Source: Candidatus Marinacidobacterium sp.
GTDB lineage: Bacteria > Acidobacteriota > Vicinamibacteria > Marinacidobacterales > Marinacidobacteraceae
Direction: 5' to 3'
Assembly (NCBI GenBank): GCA_965204755.1
Contig: OZ242011.1
Coordinates: forward strand, 1,728,001 to 1,792,000
DNA: 64,000 bases
Below, piece by piece: positions 47,455-56,580 of this stretch. The first letter of the stretch is position 1. Each line of letters opens with the position of its first letter. Both the position numbers and the translations under genes were made by a program. The notes beneath the pieces were generated by a model. It did not search any database, was not told the DNA's origin, and was given only the letters and a program-made list of their open reading frames with translations.

Positions 47455-48912
47455 ATGCTGCACCTCCCGAACCTCCCCGAATCCCGCCGCGGCGCGCTCA
47501 TCCCCCTCTTGGCGCTCGCCCTGCTCGGGGCGCCGGCGGCCGAAGCGCAGGACGCGAGCGACTACGGCAGCCGGGGCAACCTGGAGGCCAACGCCACCGA
47601 CGAGGAGCGCGAGGCGATGGAGACCCTCTACCGCCGCTTCGTCCCGTTCATCGACCGGGCGCGGACCGAGTTGACCATGGTGCGGGAGACGATCGCCTAC
47701 GCGGAAGCGCGCGGCTTCCGGGAGTGGGATCCGCAGATTCGCGAAGTGAACCCGGGAGACCGCTTCTACGCGGTGAACCGGGGCCGCACGATGGTGCTTT
47801 GGGTGGTCGGCAGCGAGCCGCTGTCGTCCGGGATGCGGCTGGTGAACAGCCACACCGATTCCATCCGGCTGGAGATGAAACCCCACGCGCTCACCCGGAA
47901 GACCGGCGCCGCCGCCTTCGACACCCTGGTCCACGGCGGCCTCAAGGCCTACCAGTGGGTGAATGTGCCGCTCGGGCTCACCGGCCGGGTGGACCGGAAG
48001 GACGGCTCCACCGTCTGGATCGAGTACGGCTTCGACGAGTCCGACCCGGTGCTGCTCATTCCGGACCTGGCGCCCCATGTGGATCGGGACTACCGCAGCC
48101 GGACGCGCGCCGACGCCATCGAACGCGAGGAGTTGGACCCGCTGGTGACTTCGGCGCCGACCGGCGGCGAGGACGGACTCGACCCGCTGGAGCGGGCGGC
48201 CGCGCTCATCCGGAGCGAGTTCGGCATCGAACCGGAGGACTGGGTGAGCAGCGATGTCCAGATCGTCCCGGTAACGAAGCCGCGCGAAGTGGGGCTGGAC
48301 CGGGCGCTCTTCGCCGCCTACGGTTTGGACGACCGCCTCACCGCGGTGGTCAACCTGTTCGCTCTCGAGGAGATGGAGACGCCGACCCATACCGGGATGG
48401 CGTACCTGGTCACCGACGAGGAGGTGGGGAACGGCTCGAACATCAGCGTCGGCTCCGAGTGGTTCCGCCGGATCGTGGCCGAGATGATCCGCGCCGAGAA
48501 GGGGACGGTGAGCGAACTGGATGTGATGGAGTGCTTTTCGGCGACGGACATGATCACCGCGGACACCACGACGGCGACGAACCCGCTCTGGCCGGCGCCG
48601 CAGGCGCCGGGCAACGCCTCGCTGCTCCACCACGGGCTGGTCATCAAGTTGTACGGCGCCGGGCGGAGCGCGAACAGCGAGTTCGTGGCGCATCTCCGCC
48701 GCCTGCTCGACGACGACCGGATCGCCTGGCAGAGCCACACCTACAAGGCCGGCTACGGCGGCGGCACGATCGCCCGCTATTTCAACCAGATGAACATGGA
48801 AGTCACCGACTGGGGAGTCGGCATCCTCTCGATGCACAGCACCTACGATGTGGCCTCGAAGGCCGACCTCTGGGCGCTCTACCGAGGCTTCCTGGCGTTC
48901 TTCCGGAGTTGA
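47455..48912 (+). CDS. M18-family aminopeptidase, exported
   Basis: NSHTDS, GGLKAYQW, YGLDDR, DEEVG, GGGTIA, DWGVGILSMHSTYD; signal peptide. Confidence 0.87.
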   Translation: MLHLPNLPESRRGALIPLLALALLGAPAAEAQDASDYGSRGNLEANATDEEREAMETLYRRFVPFIDRARTELTMVRETIAYAEARGFREWDPQIREVNPGDRFYAVNRGRTMVLWVVGSEPLSSGMRLVNSHTDSIRLEMKPHALTRKTGAAAFDTLVHGGLKAYQWVNVPLGLTGRVDRKDGSTVWIEYGFDESDPVLLIPDLAPHVDRDYRSRTRADAIEREELDPLVTSAPTGGEDGLDPLERAAALIRSEFGIEPEDWVSSDVQIVPVTKPREVGLDRALFAAYGLDDRLTAVVNLFALEEMETPTHTGMAYLVTDEEVGNGSNISVGSEWFRRIVAEMIRAEKGTVSELDVMECFSATDMITADTTTATNPLWPAPQAPGNASLLHHGLVIKLYGAGRSANSEFVAHLRRLLDDDRIAWQSHTYKAGYGGGTIARYFNQMNMEVTDWGVGILSMHSTYDVASKADLWALYRGFLAFFRS

Positions 48913-49137
48913 GTTCCCGCGGGCAGGACGCTGCCGGCCGCCCGTAGCGCTCTCCCCGAGGAGCGCCGACGCTGCCGCGCCGGGGAACCGGCCCCGCTCC
49001 ATAGGCATCGGGCGCTGCGCCGCATCGACCGGCCGGCGCCCCCCGACATCTTTTGTCGCATCGGGCGATTACCTTGACCGGCGTGAACGAGCGGCCTCCT
49101 TCGCCGAGGGCGGCCGATCCGCGCCGAGGAGGCAGCC

Positions 49138-49329
49138 ATGCGCCAGTTCCATGAGTTCTTCGCCGGGGGCGGCATGGCCCGACTCGGGCTCGGTTCCGGC
49201 TGGAAGTGCTGTTTCGCCAACGACTTCGACGAGGGCAAGTGCCGGTCCTACGCGGACAACCGGGGCGATGCGGTGGTGGACGCCCCGGGGCGCGCCTCCG
49301 AACGCGCCGCGCAGGGGACGCCTTCGTGA
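49138..49329 (+). pseudogene. Remnant of a DNA (cytosine-5) methyltransferase with a large internal deletion
   Basis: Motif I EFFAGGGM and motif II region FANDFD, then ends at 63 aa with no PC catalytic motif or ENV; strong RBS GAGGAGG retained. Confidence 0.8.
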
Positions 49330-50264
49330 ATCCACGGCTTCGCAACCGGCTCCGCGGCTATCCCCCGGGGAAGGGCGGTCTCGGCAGAGGCACCCTCTGC
49401 GTCGCCCTCGTGGTCACCGATCGTGCGCGGCGACTGGGGTTGCCCCTCGATCCACGAGCACTCGTCACCGAAGGTGGGGGACAGGTCCGAGGCTTGGGCA
49501 GAAGCGCGGTCCAGAGCATTCTCCGGAGAAACGGGGTCAACGAGGTTCTTGCTCGCGAGGGAGGCCGAACGAACCAGAAGAGCGTTTCCCACATGAAGAG
49601 TTATGTCGCTCTCCTGAACGAACTGCACGAGGACGGCCTGGCGGACCTGGACGCAATCGAGAGACATTGGATCCGGGAAGTCCGACGCTGTCCCGCCGGA
49701 ACGCCGTTTCGCCTGTCTCGAGACCCGAACCAGAGTCTGCGCAGCGTCCTGTCCAACCTGTTCGAACAAGCGTTCCGGCGGCGGCGGTCCGCCGAGGAGC
49801 GCGCCCACGCCGGCGCTCTGCTCCAGCATCTGGTCGGCGCCGAACTCGCCTGCACCCTGCGCCCCGAGGTCGTTCGACATCACCCCTACGCGACTGCCGA
49901 TACCGGAACCGGACGCGCGGGCGACTTCGTCATCGGCGACACGGCCTTCCATGTAACGGCGGCGCCGTCCGAAGCCGTGATCGAGAGATGCCGGGACAAT
50001 TTGGAGACGGCGTTGCGTCCGGTCCTCATCACATTCGAGAACAAGACGCCCACAGCGTTCGCCCTTGCCGAGAACGCGGGAATCGAGGCTCGCATCGACA
50101 TCTTCGACATCGAACGGTTCCTCGCGTTGAACATCCTCGAACGGGGCCGCTTTCGATCCGAGGGCCGCCAAGCCGCCCTCGACGACCTCGTCGACGAGTA
50201 CAACCGGATCGTCGAAGAGAACGAAACCGACCGCAGTCTGAGGATCCATTGTTCCGCCCGATGA
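49326..50264 (+). CDS. DUF4928-like protein (putative restriction endonuclease partner of C5-MTases)
   Basis: LCVALVVT, GQVRGLG..VQSIL, EGGRT, LLQHLVGA, AD..GRAGDF.IGD..FHVT.AP, EYNRIV..ETD.SL.I recognised from memory of this family; GTGA overlap with the MTase stub. Confidence 0.7.
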   Translation: MNPRLRNRLRGYPPGKGGLGRGTLCVALVVTDRARRLGLPLDPRALVTEGGGQVRGLGRSAVQSILRRNGVNEVLAREGGRTNQKSVSHMKSYVALLNELHEDGLADLDAIERHWIREVRRCPAGTPFRLSRDPNQSLRSVLSNLFEQAFRRRRSAEERAHAGALLQHLVGAELACTLRPEVVRHHPYATADTGTGRAGDFVIGDTAFHVTAAPSEAVIERCRDNLETALRPVLITFENKTPTAFALAENAGIEARIDIFDIERFLALNILERGRFRSEGRQAALDDLVDEYNRIVEENETDRSLRIHCSAR

Positions 50265-50436
50265 GCCCTCCGATCTCCGCCGGAGCACGATGCGGGCGGT
50301 CGAGAAGCGCGACACCGCGGCCGAAATGACCGCGCGAAACATCGCGACCGCGGAAGACCGCCACCGGGAGCCGTTTCCCGTAGCGGCCGTTTCTCAGTGG
50401 GGAGCGCCTACACGGCCCCCCAGTCCCGGGGGACGC

Positions 50437-51351
50437 TCAGCCGCTTCCCGAGGCGCTGGAAGCGATCGTCGTTCCGGTGAGGTCCTCGCCGTAGCGGGCG
50501 ATGGCGGCGTGGTCTTCGCCGCCGCGGCCGCTTTCCACCAAGGTCTTCACGAATTGGCGGACGACGGTGGTGACCGGGACCGGGGTATCCGCGGCCTTCG
50601 CCGCGGAGAGGGCGTTGTCCAGGTCCTTCAGGTGGAGTTCCAGCCGGAAGCCCGGCTTCCAGTCGCCGGCGATCATCTTCGGGGCCTTGGCGTCGAGGAC
50701 CGCGCTGCCGGCCAAGCCGCCGCGGATCGCTTCCACCACGACTTCGGGATCGAGACCCGAGCGGACGGCGAACAGCAGGGCCTCGCCGACCGCCTGGATG
50801 TTCGCGGCGACGATCATCTGGTTGGCCAACTTGACCGCGCCGCCGGCGCCCGGCCCGCCGCAGAGCACAGCGCTCCGGCCCAGCACCGAGAACACCGGGC
50901 GCAGCCGCTCGAACGCCGACGGAGCGCCGCCGGCCATGATCGCCAGTTCCCCGGCGACCGCGCCCGGTTCGCCGCCGCTCACCGGGGCGTCCACGAAGGC
51001 CGCGCCCTTCGCCTCGCACGCCGCCGCGAGCCGCCGGGACACGCCCGGATCGATCGAGGACATGTCGCAGACGAGCGGCGGAACCGAGGGGGCGGCCACG
51101 ACCCCGGATTCCCCGAGCACCACCGCTTCCGAGTCGGGCGAATCCGGCAGCATCAGGACGACCGCGTCCCGCCCGTCGGCGCACTCGGCGGGTGAGGCCG
51201 CGCGCCGCGCTCCGGCCGCCGCCAACTCGTCCACCGGCCCCGGGGAGCGGCTGTGGACGGTGAGGTCGTAGCCGGCGGCGAGCAGGTTCTTCGCCATCGG
51301 CCGGCCCATCACGCCGAGGCCGATGAAGCCGAGGGAGCGGAGTTCGGGCAT
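50437..51351 (-). CDS. 2-hydroxy-3-oxopropionate reductase / beta-hydroxyacid dehydrogenase (GarR/GlxR-like)
   Basis: GFIGLGVMGRPMAKNL, DMSSI, DAPVSGG, KLANQ, PGFRLELHLKDL. Confidence 0.9.
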   Translation of the reverse strand: MPELRSLGFIGLGVMGRPMAKNLLAAGYDLTVHSRSPGPVDELAAAGARRAASPAECADGRDAVVLMLPDSPDSEAVVLGESGVVAAPSVPPLVCDMSSIDPGVSRRLAAACEAKGAAFVDAPVSGGEPGAVAGELAIMAGGAPSAFERLRPVFSVLGRSAVLCGGPGAGGAVKLANQMIVAANIQAVGEALLFAVRSGLDPEVVVEAIRGGLAGSAVLDAKAPKMIAGDWKPGFRLELHLKDLDNALSAAKAADTPVPVTTVVRQFVKTLVESGRGGEDHAAIARYGEDLTGTTIASSASGSG

Positions 51352-51532
51352 CGCGGCGGGTCGGAGCGGTTCGGCGGGGGAGCGGGGGGGCGGAAAGTAT
51401 GCGGCCACCGGCGCGTCGCCCCCTCCGCGCGGCCCGCCGACCGCCCCCTCCGGCGCCGAGGGGCGGACGCCGCCGGTACCGCTACGCTAGGCAACGCCCC
51501 GCATCGCGCCGCTTCTCCGGCCCCCCTCCCCC

Positions 51533-51865
51533 ATGAGCCACTACTACGACGAAAACCACCTGCCCCGGTTCGGGGAGATCGGCGAGAACGCCCCCGAACT
51601 CTGGGAGAAGTTCCACGCCTGGTACCGCGCCACCTTCGCCGAGGGGGCGCTGACCGCCCGCGAGAAGGCGCTCATCGCTCTCGGCGTGGCGCACGCCGTC
51701 CAGTGCCCCTACTGCATCGACGCCTACTCCCAAGAGTGCCTCCAGCAGGGCTCGAACTTGGAGCAGATGACCGAAGCGGTCCATGTCTCCGCGGCGATCC
51801 GGGGCGGGGCCTCGCTGGTGCACGGGGTGCAGATGCGTGACCGGACGAAGCGGCTGAGCATGTGA
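51533..51865 (+). CDS. AhpD/carboxymuconolactone decarboxylase-like protein associated with arsS
   Basis: GALTAREKALIAL, CPYCIDAY (CxxC), EAVHV.AAIRGGASLVHG. Confidence 0.85.
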   Translation: MSHYYDENHLPRFGEIGENAPELWEKFHAWYRATFAEGALTAREKALIALGVAHAVQCPYCIDAYSQECLQQGSNLEQMTEAVHVSAAIRGGASLVHGVQMRDRTKRLSM

Positions 51866-52881
51866 GCCAAGTCCCGCTCCCGGTGTTCGAGGCCGGGGCC
51901 GCCGCCCGCCCGCCGGCGAACGGGTTTCCCGACTTCGACGACCGGCTGGCGGAGAGCGGGCTTCCCCCGCTTCGCGCCGAAGACATCGAAGTCTTCCAGA
52001 TCAATGTGGGGAAACTCTGCAACCAGACCTGCCGGCACTGCCATGTGGACGCCGGGCCCCACCGGGCCGCCGAGCAGATGACCCGCGAGACCGCCGAACT
52101 CTGCCTGCGGGCGCTGGCCCGGACCGGGGCGGGCACGGTGGACCTGACCGGCGGCGCCCCGGAACTCAACGCGAATTTCCGCTTCCTGGTGGAGGGCGCC
52201 CGGGAGATGGGCCGGCGGGTCATGGACCGCTGCAACCTGACCGTCCTGCTCCTGCCGTCGCAGGCGGGCCTCGCCGAGTACCTGGCGGAGCGGGAAGTCG
52301 AGATCGTGGCCAGCCTGCCCTACTTCCTCGCCGACCGGACCGACGCGCAGCGGGGCGACGGCGTCTTCGACCTCTCGATCCGCGCGCTCCGGCTGCTGAA
52401 CCGGCTCGGCTACGGGCAGGGCGGGCCGCTCGCGCTGAACCTCGTCTACAACCCGACGGGCGCGTTCCTGCCCGGCGACCAGGCGGCGCTGGAGCGGGAC
52501 TTCAAGCGGGAACTCGACCGGCGCTTCGGGATCCGGTTCGACCGGCTCTACGCCATGACGAACCTGCCGATCAGCCGCTTCCTCGACTACCTGCTCGAGA
52601 GCGGCAACTACCAGGGCTACATGACCCGGCTGGTGAACGCCTTCAACCCGGCCGCCGCTGCATCCGTGATGTGCCGGAACACGCTCTCGGTGGGTTGGGA
52701 CGGCCGGCTCTTCGACTGCGACTTCAACCAGATGCTGGACCTCGAGACCGGATTCGGCGCGCCCGCCCGCATCGCCGAGTTCGACCCCGAGGCGCTGTCC
52801 CGGCGGCGGATCGTCACCGGGGCGCACTGCTACGGCTGCACCGCCGGCGCCGGCTCGAGTTGCGGCGGCGCCACCGCGTGA
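51862..52881 (+). CDS. arsS: Arsenosugar-biosynthesis radical SAM protein ArsS (DUF3641)
   Basis: QINVGKLCNQTCRHCHVDAGP (CxxxCxxC), DLTGGAPELN, LVYNP, NLPISRF, DCDFNQML, HCYGCTAGAGSSCGG. Confidence 0.88.
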   Translation: MSQVPLPVFEAGAAARPPANGFPDFDDRLAESGLPPLRAEDIEVFQINVGKLCNQTCRHCHVDAGPHRAAEQMTRETAELCLRALARTGAGTVDLTGGAPELNANFRFLVEGAREMGRRVMDRCNLTVLLLPSQAGLAEYLAEREVEIVASLPYFLADRTDAQRGDGVFDLSIRALRLLNRLGYGQGGPLALNLVYNPTGAFLPGDQAALERDFKRELDRRFGIRFDRLYAMTNLPISRFLDYLLESGNYQGYMTRLVNAFNPAAAASVMCRNTLSVGWDGRLFDCDFNQMLDLETGFGAPARIAEFDPEALSRRRIVTGAHCYGCTAGAGSSCGGATA

Positions 52882-53981
52882 GCGCCGCCGCATCCGCCGC
52901 CGTCCTCCCGGCGCCGGGCCGGCCGGTCGAGGTGCGGGATTTCGATTTACCGGAACTCGAGCCCGGCGAAGCCCTCCTCTCGACGGTCGCTTCCGAAGTC
53001 TGCGGCACCGATGTGCACCTGCGGGCCGGGCGGTTGGCCGGCGTGCCCTACCCGATCATCCCCGGCCATGTGAGCGTCGGGCGGGTCGCCGCCGCCCGCG
53101 GCGTGGATCGGGACGCGCTCGGCCGGCCGCTCCGGGAGGGCGACGCGGTCTCCTTCTTCGATGTGTTCGGCGCCTGCGGCGACTGCTACCACTGCCTGGT
53201 CGCGCGGCAGGAAAACCGCTGCCCGGCGCGCCGGGTGTACGGCATCACCTGTTCCGCCGACGAGGGGCTGCTCGGCGGCTGGGCGAGCCACATCCTCCTC
53301 CGGCCGGGCGTCCGGACGATGGCGCTGCCGGAGGAGTTGACGACGGACGAGGTGATCGGCGGCGGGTGCGGGCTGTTCACCGGGTTCGCCGCGGTCGAGC
53401 GGGGCGAGGTCCGGCTGGGGGAAAGCGTGGTGGTGCAGGGCGTCGGGCCGGTCGGCCTGGCCGCCGTCGCCTTCGCGCGGGCCTCCGGCGCGGGGACGAT
53501 CCTCGCGGTCGGGGAGTCGGCGGCGCGGCGGGAACTGGCCGGGCGGTTCGGCGCGGACGAGGCGCTGCCGCTCGCCGGCCTCGAGTCGGAGGAGCGGGCG
53601 GAGCGCGCGCGGGCCCTGACCGGCGGCCGGGGGGCCGATGTGGTGATCGAGGCCAGCGGCAACCCGAGGGCGCTGCCGGAGGGATTCGCCATGGTGCGCG
53701 ACGGCGGCCGCTATGTCATCGTCGGCCACTACACCGACGCCGGAACCGTCCCGGTGAACCCGCACCTCGACCTGAACCGCGCGCATGTGGAAGTACGCGG
53801 CCAGTGGGGCAGCCAGTTCCACCATTGGCAGCGGGCGCTCGCGGTCTTCGCCCGGTACCGGGAGCGGATGCCGTTCGCCGAGGTCATCGGCCGCCGCTAC
53901 GGTCTCGACGAAGCGAACGCCGCGCTCGACGATGTGGAGGCCCTCCGGGTGACCAAGGCGGTCATCGAACCGGCGGCCTGA
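52878..53981 (+). CDS. Zinc-binding alcohol dehydrogenase (MDR family)
   Basis: VCGTDVH, IPGH, CGDCYHC..C structural Zn site, QGVGPVG, DVVIEASG; GTGA overlap with arsS stop. Confidence 0.9.
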   Translation: MSAAASAAVLPAPGRPVEVRDFDLPELEPGEALLSTVASEVCGTDVHLRAGRLAGVPYPIIPGHVSVGRVAAARGVDRDALGRPLREGDAVSFFDVFGACGDCYHCLVARQENRCPARRVYGITCSADEGLLGGWASHILLRPGVRTMALPEELTTDEVIGGGCGLFTGFAAVERGEVRLGESVVVQGVGPVGLAAVAFARASGAGTILAVGESAARRELAGRFGADEALPLAGLESEERAERARALTGGRGADVVIEASGNPRALPEGFAMVRDGGRYVIVGHYTDAGTVPVNPHLDLNRAHVEVRGQWGSQFHHWQRALAVFARYRERMPFAEVIGRRYGLDEANAALDDVEALRVTKAVIEPAA

Positions 53982-53991
53982 CCGGCAGCCC

Positions 53992-54906
53992 ATGGCTCCG
54001 ACCGTCTCCGGCGACGCCGCGAAGGCGGGTCCCAACCTCGCCCACGCCCGCGGCAGCCGCACCGCGGAACTGGTCGCCGCTTCGCGGGCGCGGCATCTCG
54101 TCCGCCACCCGCCGCCGTGGATCGTCGAGGACCGCTTCGCCATCCACTTCGCGGGCTGGTGGAGGACGGTGATCCGGTCGAACCTGCTGGACTGGGTGTT
54201 CTCCCGGATCATCCTGCGACCGCTGATGCCGGTGACCATGCAGCAACTCACCCGCGCCCGGTTCGCCGAGGACCGGATCCTCGAAGCCGCCGGACGCGGC
54301 GTCTCCCAACTCGTGATCCTCGGTTCCGGGTTCGACACCTTCGCGCTCCGTTACCCGGCCCTGCCGGTAACCGTGTTCGAGGTGGACCTCGCGGCCACCG
54401 AAGTGTTGAAGCAGGAACGGATGGACGCCGCCGGCCTGCGCCCGCCGCCGGGACTCCGGTTCGTCAAGGTGGACTTCGAGCGCGACGACCTCGGCGACCG
54501 CCTGTCGGCCTGCGGCTTCAACCGCGGTCGCGCCGGCTTCTTCAACTGGATGGGCGTCACCTACTACCTGGCGAAGGACGCGATCCGCGCCAGCGCCGCC
54601 GCGCTCGGCGACCTCGCCGCGCCCGGGTCCGAACTGACGCTCGACTACCTGATCGCCGAGGATTGCGTGCCCGAGGAGAGCCGCCCGCTGTTCGGCAAGG
54701 TGATGAAGTTCGTCGCCAAGCGCGGGGAACCGTTCCGCTCGGCGTTCGACCCGGCGGAGGTCGTGGAGGAGATGGGCTGGTCGAAGCACTGGGAGTTGCG
54801 GCAACACGACTCCCCCGCCGACCAGACCGCCCGCTACCTCGAGGGCCGCGCCGACCTGCCTCCCCTCGCCCCCCTCTTCGGCTGCCTCCACCTCCGCCGC
54901 AGGTAG
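53992..54906 (+). CDS. SAM-dependent methyltransferase (LCM/TIGR00027-like)
   Basis: RARFAED, QLVILGSGFDTFALR, VFEVD, VDFERD, WMGVTYYL. Confidence 0.87.
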   Translation: MAPTVSGDAAKAGPNLAHARGSRTAELVAASRARHLVRHPPPWIVEDRFAIHFAGWWRTVIRSNLLDWVFSRIILRPLMPVTMQQLTRARFAEDRILEAAGRGVSQLVILGSGFDTFALRYPALPVTVFEVDLAATEVLKQERMDAAGLRPPPGLRFVKVDFERDDLGDRLSACGFNRGRAGFFNWMGVTYYLAKDAIRASAAALGDLAAPGSELTLDYLIAEDCVPEESRPLFGKVMKFVAKRGEPFRSAFDPAEVVEEMGWSKHWELRQHDSPADQTARYLEGRADLPPLAPLFGCLHLRRR

Positions 54907-54937
54907 CCGCGCCGGACGGCGCGCTTCAGGGCGCGCT

Positions 54938-56149
54938 TCAGGGCGCGCTCCCGAAGAGGGCCGGCGGCCTCGGCCGCGGCGAAGCCGCCGACTCCGCCGG
55001 CATGAGTTGGCCCAACCGCAACAACCCTCCGATCGTGTACAGGTTCTCGGCGACCGCGGAACGCGCCACCCCGTCCATCGGCCCGATACGGCAGACGCCC
55101 CCCTCGGCGACGACCGGGAACACCTCGTCGGGATGGATGTCGTCTCCCTCGAACAAGTCGCCGCTGTGCGTCGTCACCAGGACCTGTGAGTGCTCCGCGG
55201 CCTCGCGCAGACTGTCCACGAGCACGCCGACCGCGTTGGGATGAAGGGAAGTCTCCGGCTCTTCGATGCCGATGAGCCGAGGTCCCGAAGGCGAGGAGAC
55301 GCCCTGGAGCAACGCGGTCAGGACGCCCAGGGCGCACAGCGTTCCGTCGGACATGGCGAGGGTATCGAGCCACACGGCGTCTCTTCCTTCCTCGTTCCGC
55401 TGCAGGAATTCCACGCGATCCTCGAAGCCGCGGCGCGCGACTCGAACGGCGTCGATCCCGTCCACGGCCGCCCCGAGGTATCGCTCGATCCTCGTCTTGG
55501 TCGTCGGATGCTCGTCGGCGAGGCGAGCGAGCGCGCCGGCGAGATTGCTTCCATCCCGCGACAGGGGATCCCGGGAAATCGAGTGCGCGGGCCTGCGAAT
55601 GGATTCCGGACCGAGGTGGTAGAAGGACATGCTCGACAGAGCCTCGTAAACCGGTTGGAATTCCACGACGCTCGCGGCTCTCAGCAAGTACAGGCTCTGC
55701 GGCGCCGGGGGAGGCGGCCGATCGATATCGCTGGACTCGATGACGCCGTTGCGGAGCGCGTAGTGCCGGCGCTGCCCATCGGTTTCAACGACGGCGCACT
55801 CCTCTCGCCGGAATCGCCAGGCGTACGGACCGTCGGGCTCGATCTCGAACGCGAAATGCCCGCGGCGCGAGTCCATCCGGAACTCCAGTCGTACTCCGAA
55901 GGACTCCGCCGGGTCGTTCACGCGTCTCCGCAGGGCAGCCGCTCCACCGCGCTCCCGGAGCGCAAGACTCATGGAGTGACGCAGAGCCTCCGCGACCAAT
56001 CGGACCGCATCCACGAAACTGCCCTTTCCGGCGCCGTTCGGGCCGACGAGCAGCGCCAGTGGGCCGAGCCGCACATCGCAACTCGCGATGTTCCGATAAT
56101 TCCGCAGAACGACCCGGCGGACGAACACTGCGTTCCGGTCGTCAGGCAT
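54938..56149 (-). CDS. AAA_21/RecF-SMC-like ATPase
   Basis: VVLRNYRNI, Walker A LVGPNGAGKGS, DGSNLA, MSDGTL, IEEPETSLHP, VTTHS; ATG 56149 (the tracked start lies inside tRNA-His). Confidence 0.85.
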   Translation of the reverse strand: MPDDRNAVFVRRVVLRNYRNIASCDVRLGPLALLVGPNGAGKGSFVDAVRLVAEALRHSMSLALRERGGAAALRRRVNDPAESFGVRLEFRMDSRRGHFAFEIEPDGPYAWRFRREECAVVETDGQRRHYALRNGVIESSDIDRPPPPAPQSLYLLRAASVVEFQPVYEALSSMSFYHLGPESIRRPAHSISRDPLSRDGSNLAGALARLADEHPTTKTRIERYLGAAVDGIDAVRVARRGFEDRVEFLQRNEEGRDAVWLDTLAMSDGTLCALGVLTALLQGVSSPSGPRLIGIEEPETSLHPNAVGVLVDSLREAAEHSQVLVTTHSGDLFEGDDIHPDEVFPVVAEGGVCRIGPMDGVARSAVAENLYTIGGLLRLGQLMPAESAASPRPRPPALFGSAP

Positions 56150-56185
56150 TTCGATCACCGCGCGGTTACACGCCGCGGGCGGCGG

Positions 56186-56258
56186 GGTGGATGAGGGGAC
56201 TCGAACCCCCAACCGCCGGAACCACAATCCGGTGCTCTGCCATTGAGCTACATCCACC
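56186..56258 (-). tRNA. tRNA-His(GTG)
   Basis: G(-1)GTGGATGTAGCTCAATGGCAGAGCA-CCGGA-TT-GTG-GT-TCCGG-CGGTTGGGGGTTCGAGTCCCCTCATCCACC; C discriminator. Confidence 0.95.
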
Positions 56259-56298
56259 GACCGCCGGGGGCGCCCGGCGGCGCCGGCCGCCGTCCGGC

Positions 56299-56375
56299 TG
56301 GCGCGCCAGGGAGGACTCGAACCCCCGACCCGCGGCTTAGAAGGCCGCTGCTCTGTCCAACTGAGCTACTGGCGC
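56299..56375 (-). tRNA. tRNA-Arg(TCT)
   Basis: GCGCCAGTAGCTCAGTTGGACAGAGCA-GCGGC-CT-TCT-AA-GCCGC-GGGTCGGGGGTTCGAGTCCTCCCTGGCGCGCCA. Confidence 0.96.
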
Positions 56376-56456
56376 CTCGGGCGGCAGCGGCCCCCGGAGC
56401 CGGGAAGGCCGGCCCGCCCCGGTGAGGCGGGACGGCCCCGCGAGGGCCGCCGCTCG

Positions 56457-56530
56457 TCGGGGCGAGAGGATTCGAACCTCCGGCTTCCTGCTCCCAAAGC
56501 AGGCGCGCTGCCAGACTGCGCCACGCCCCG
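56457..56530 (-). tRNA. tRNA-Pro(TGG)
   Basis: CGGGGCGTGGCGCAGTCTGGCAGCGCG-CCTGC-TT-TGG-GA-GCAGG-AAGCCGGAGGTTCGAATCCTCTCGCCCCGA; CCA not encoded. Confidence 0.95.
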
Positions 56531-56580
56531 AGACATTCCTCGCCGGAACCTTACCGCCCGCGGCCTCCCGCGGAGGCGCC

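Noticed and set aside
52820-52881. Selenocysteine in the ArsS C-terminal motif
   Set aside because: All Cys codons in HCYGC and GSSCGG are TGC; the TGA is a normal stop overlapping the next GTG
56400-56450. GC hairpins between tRNA genes as terminators
   Set aside because: No U-tract; more likely spacer structure in the tRNA precursor
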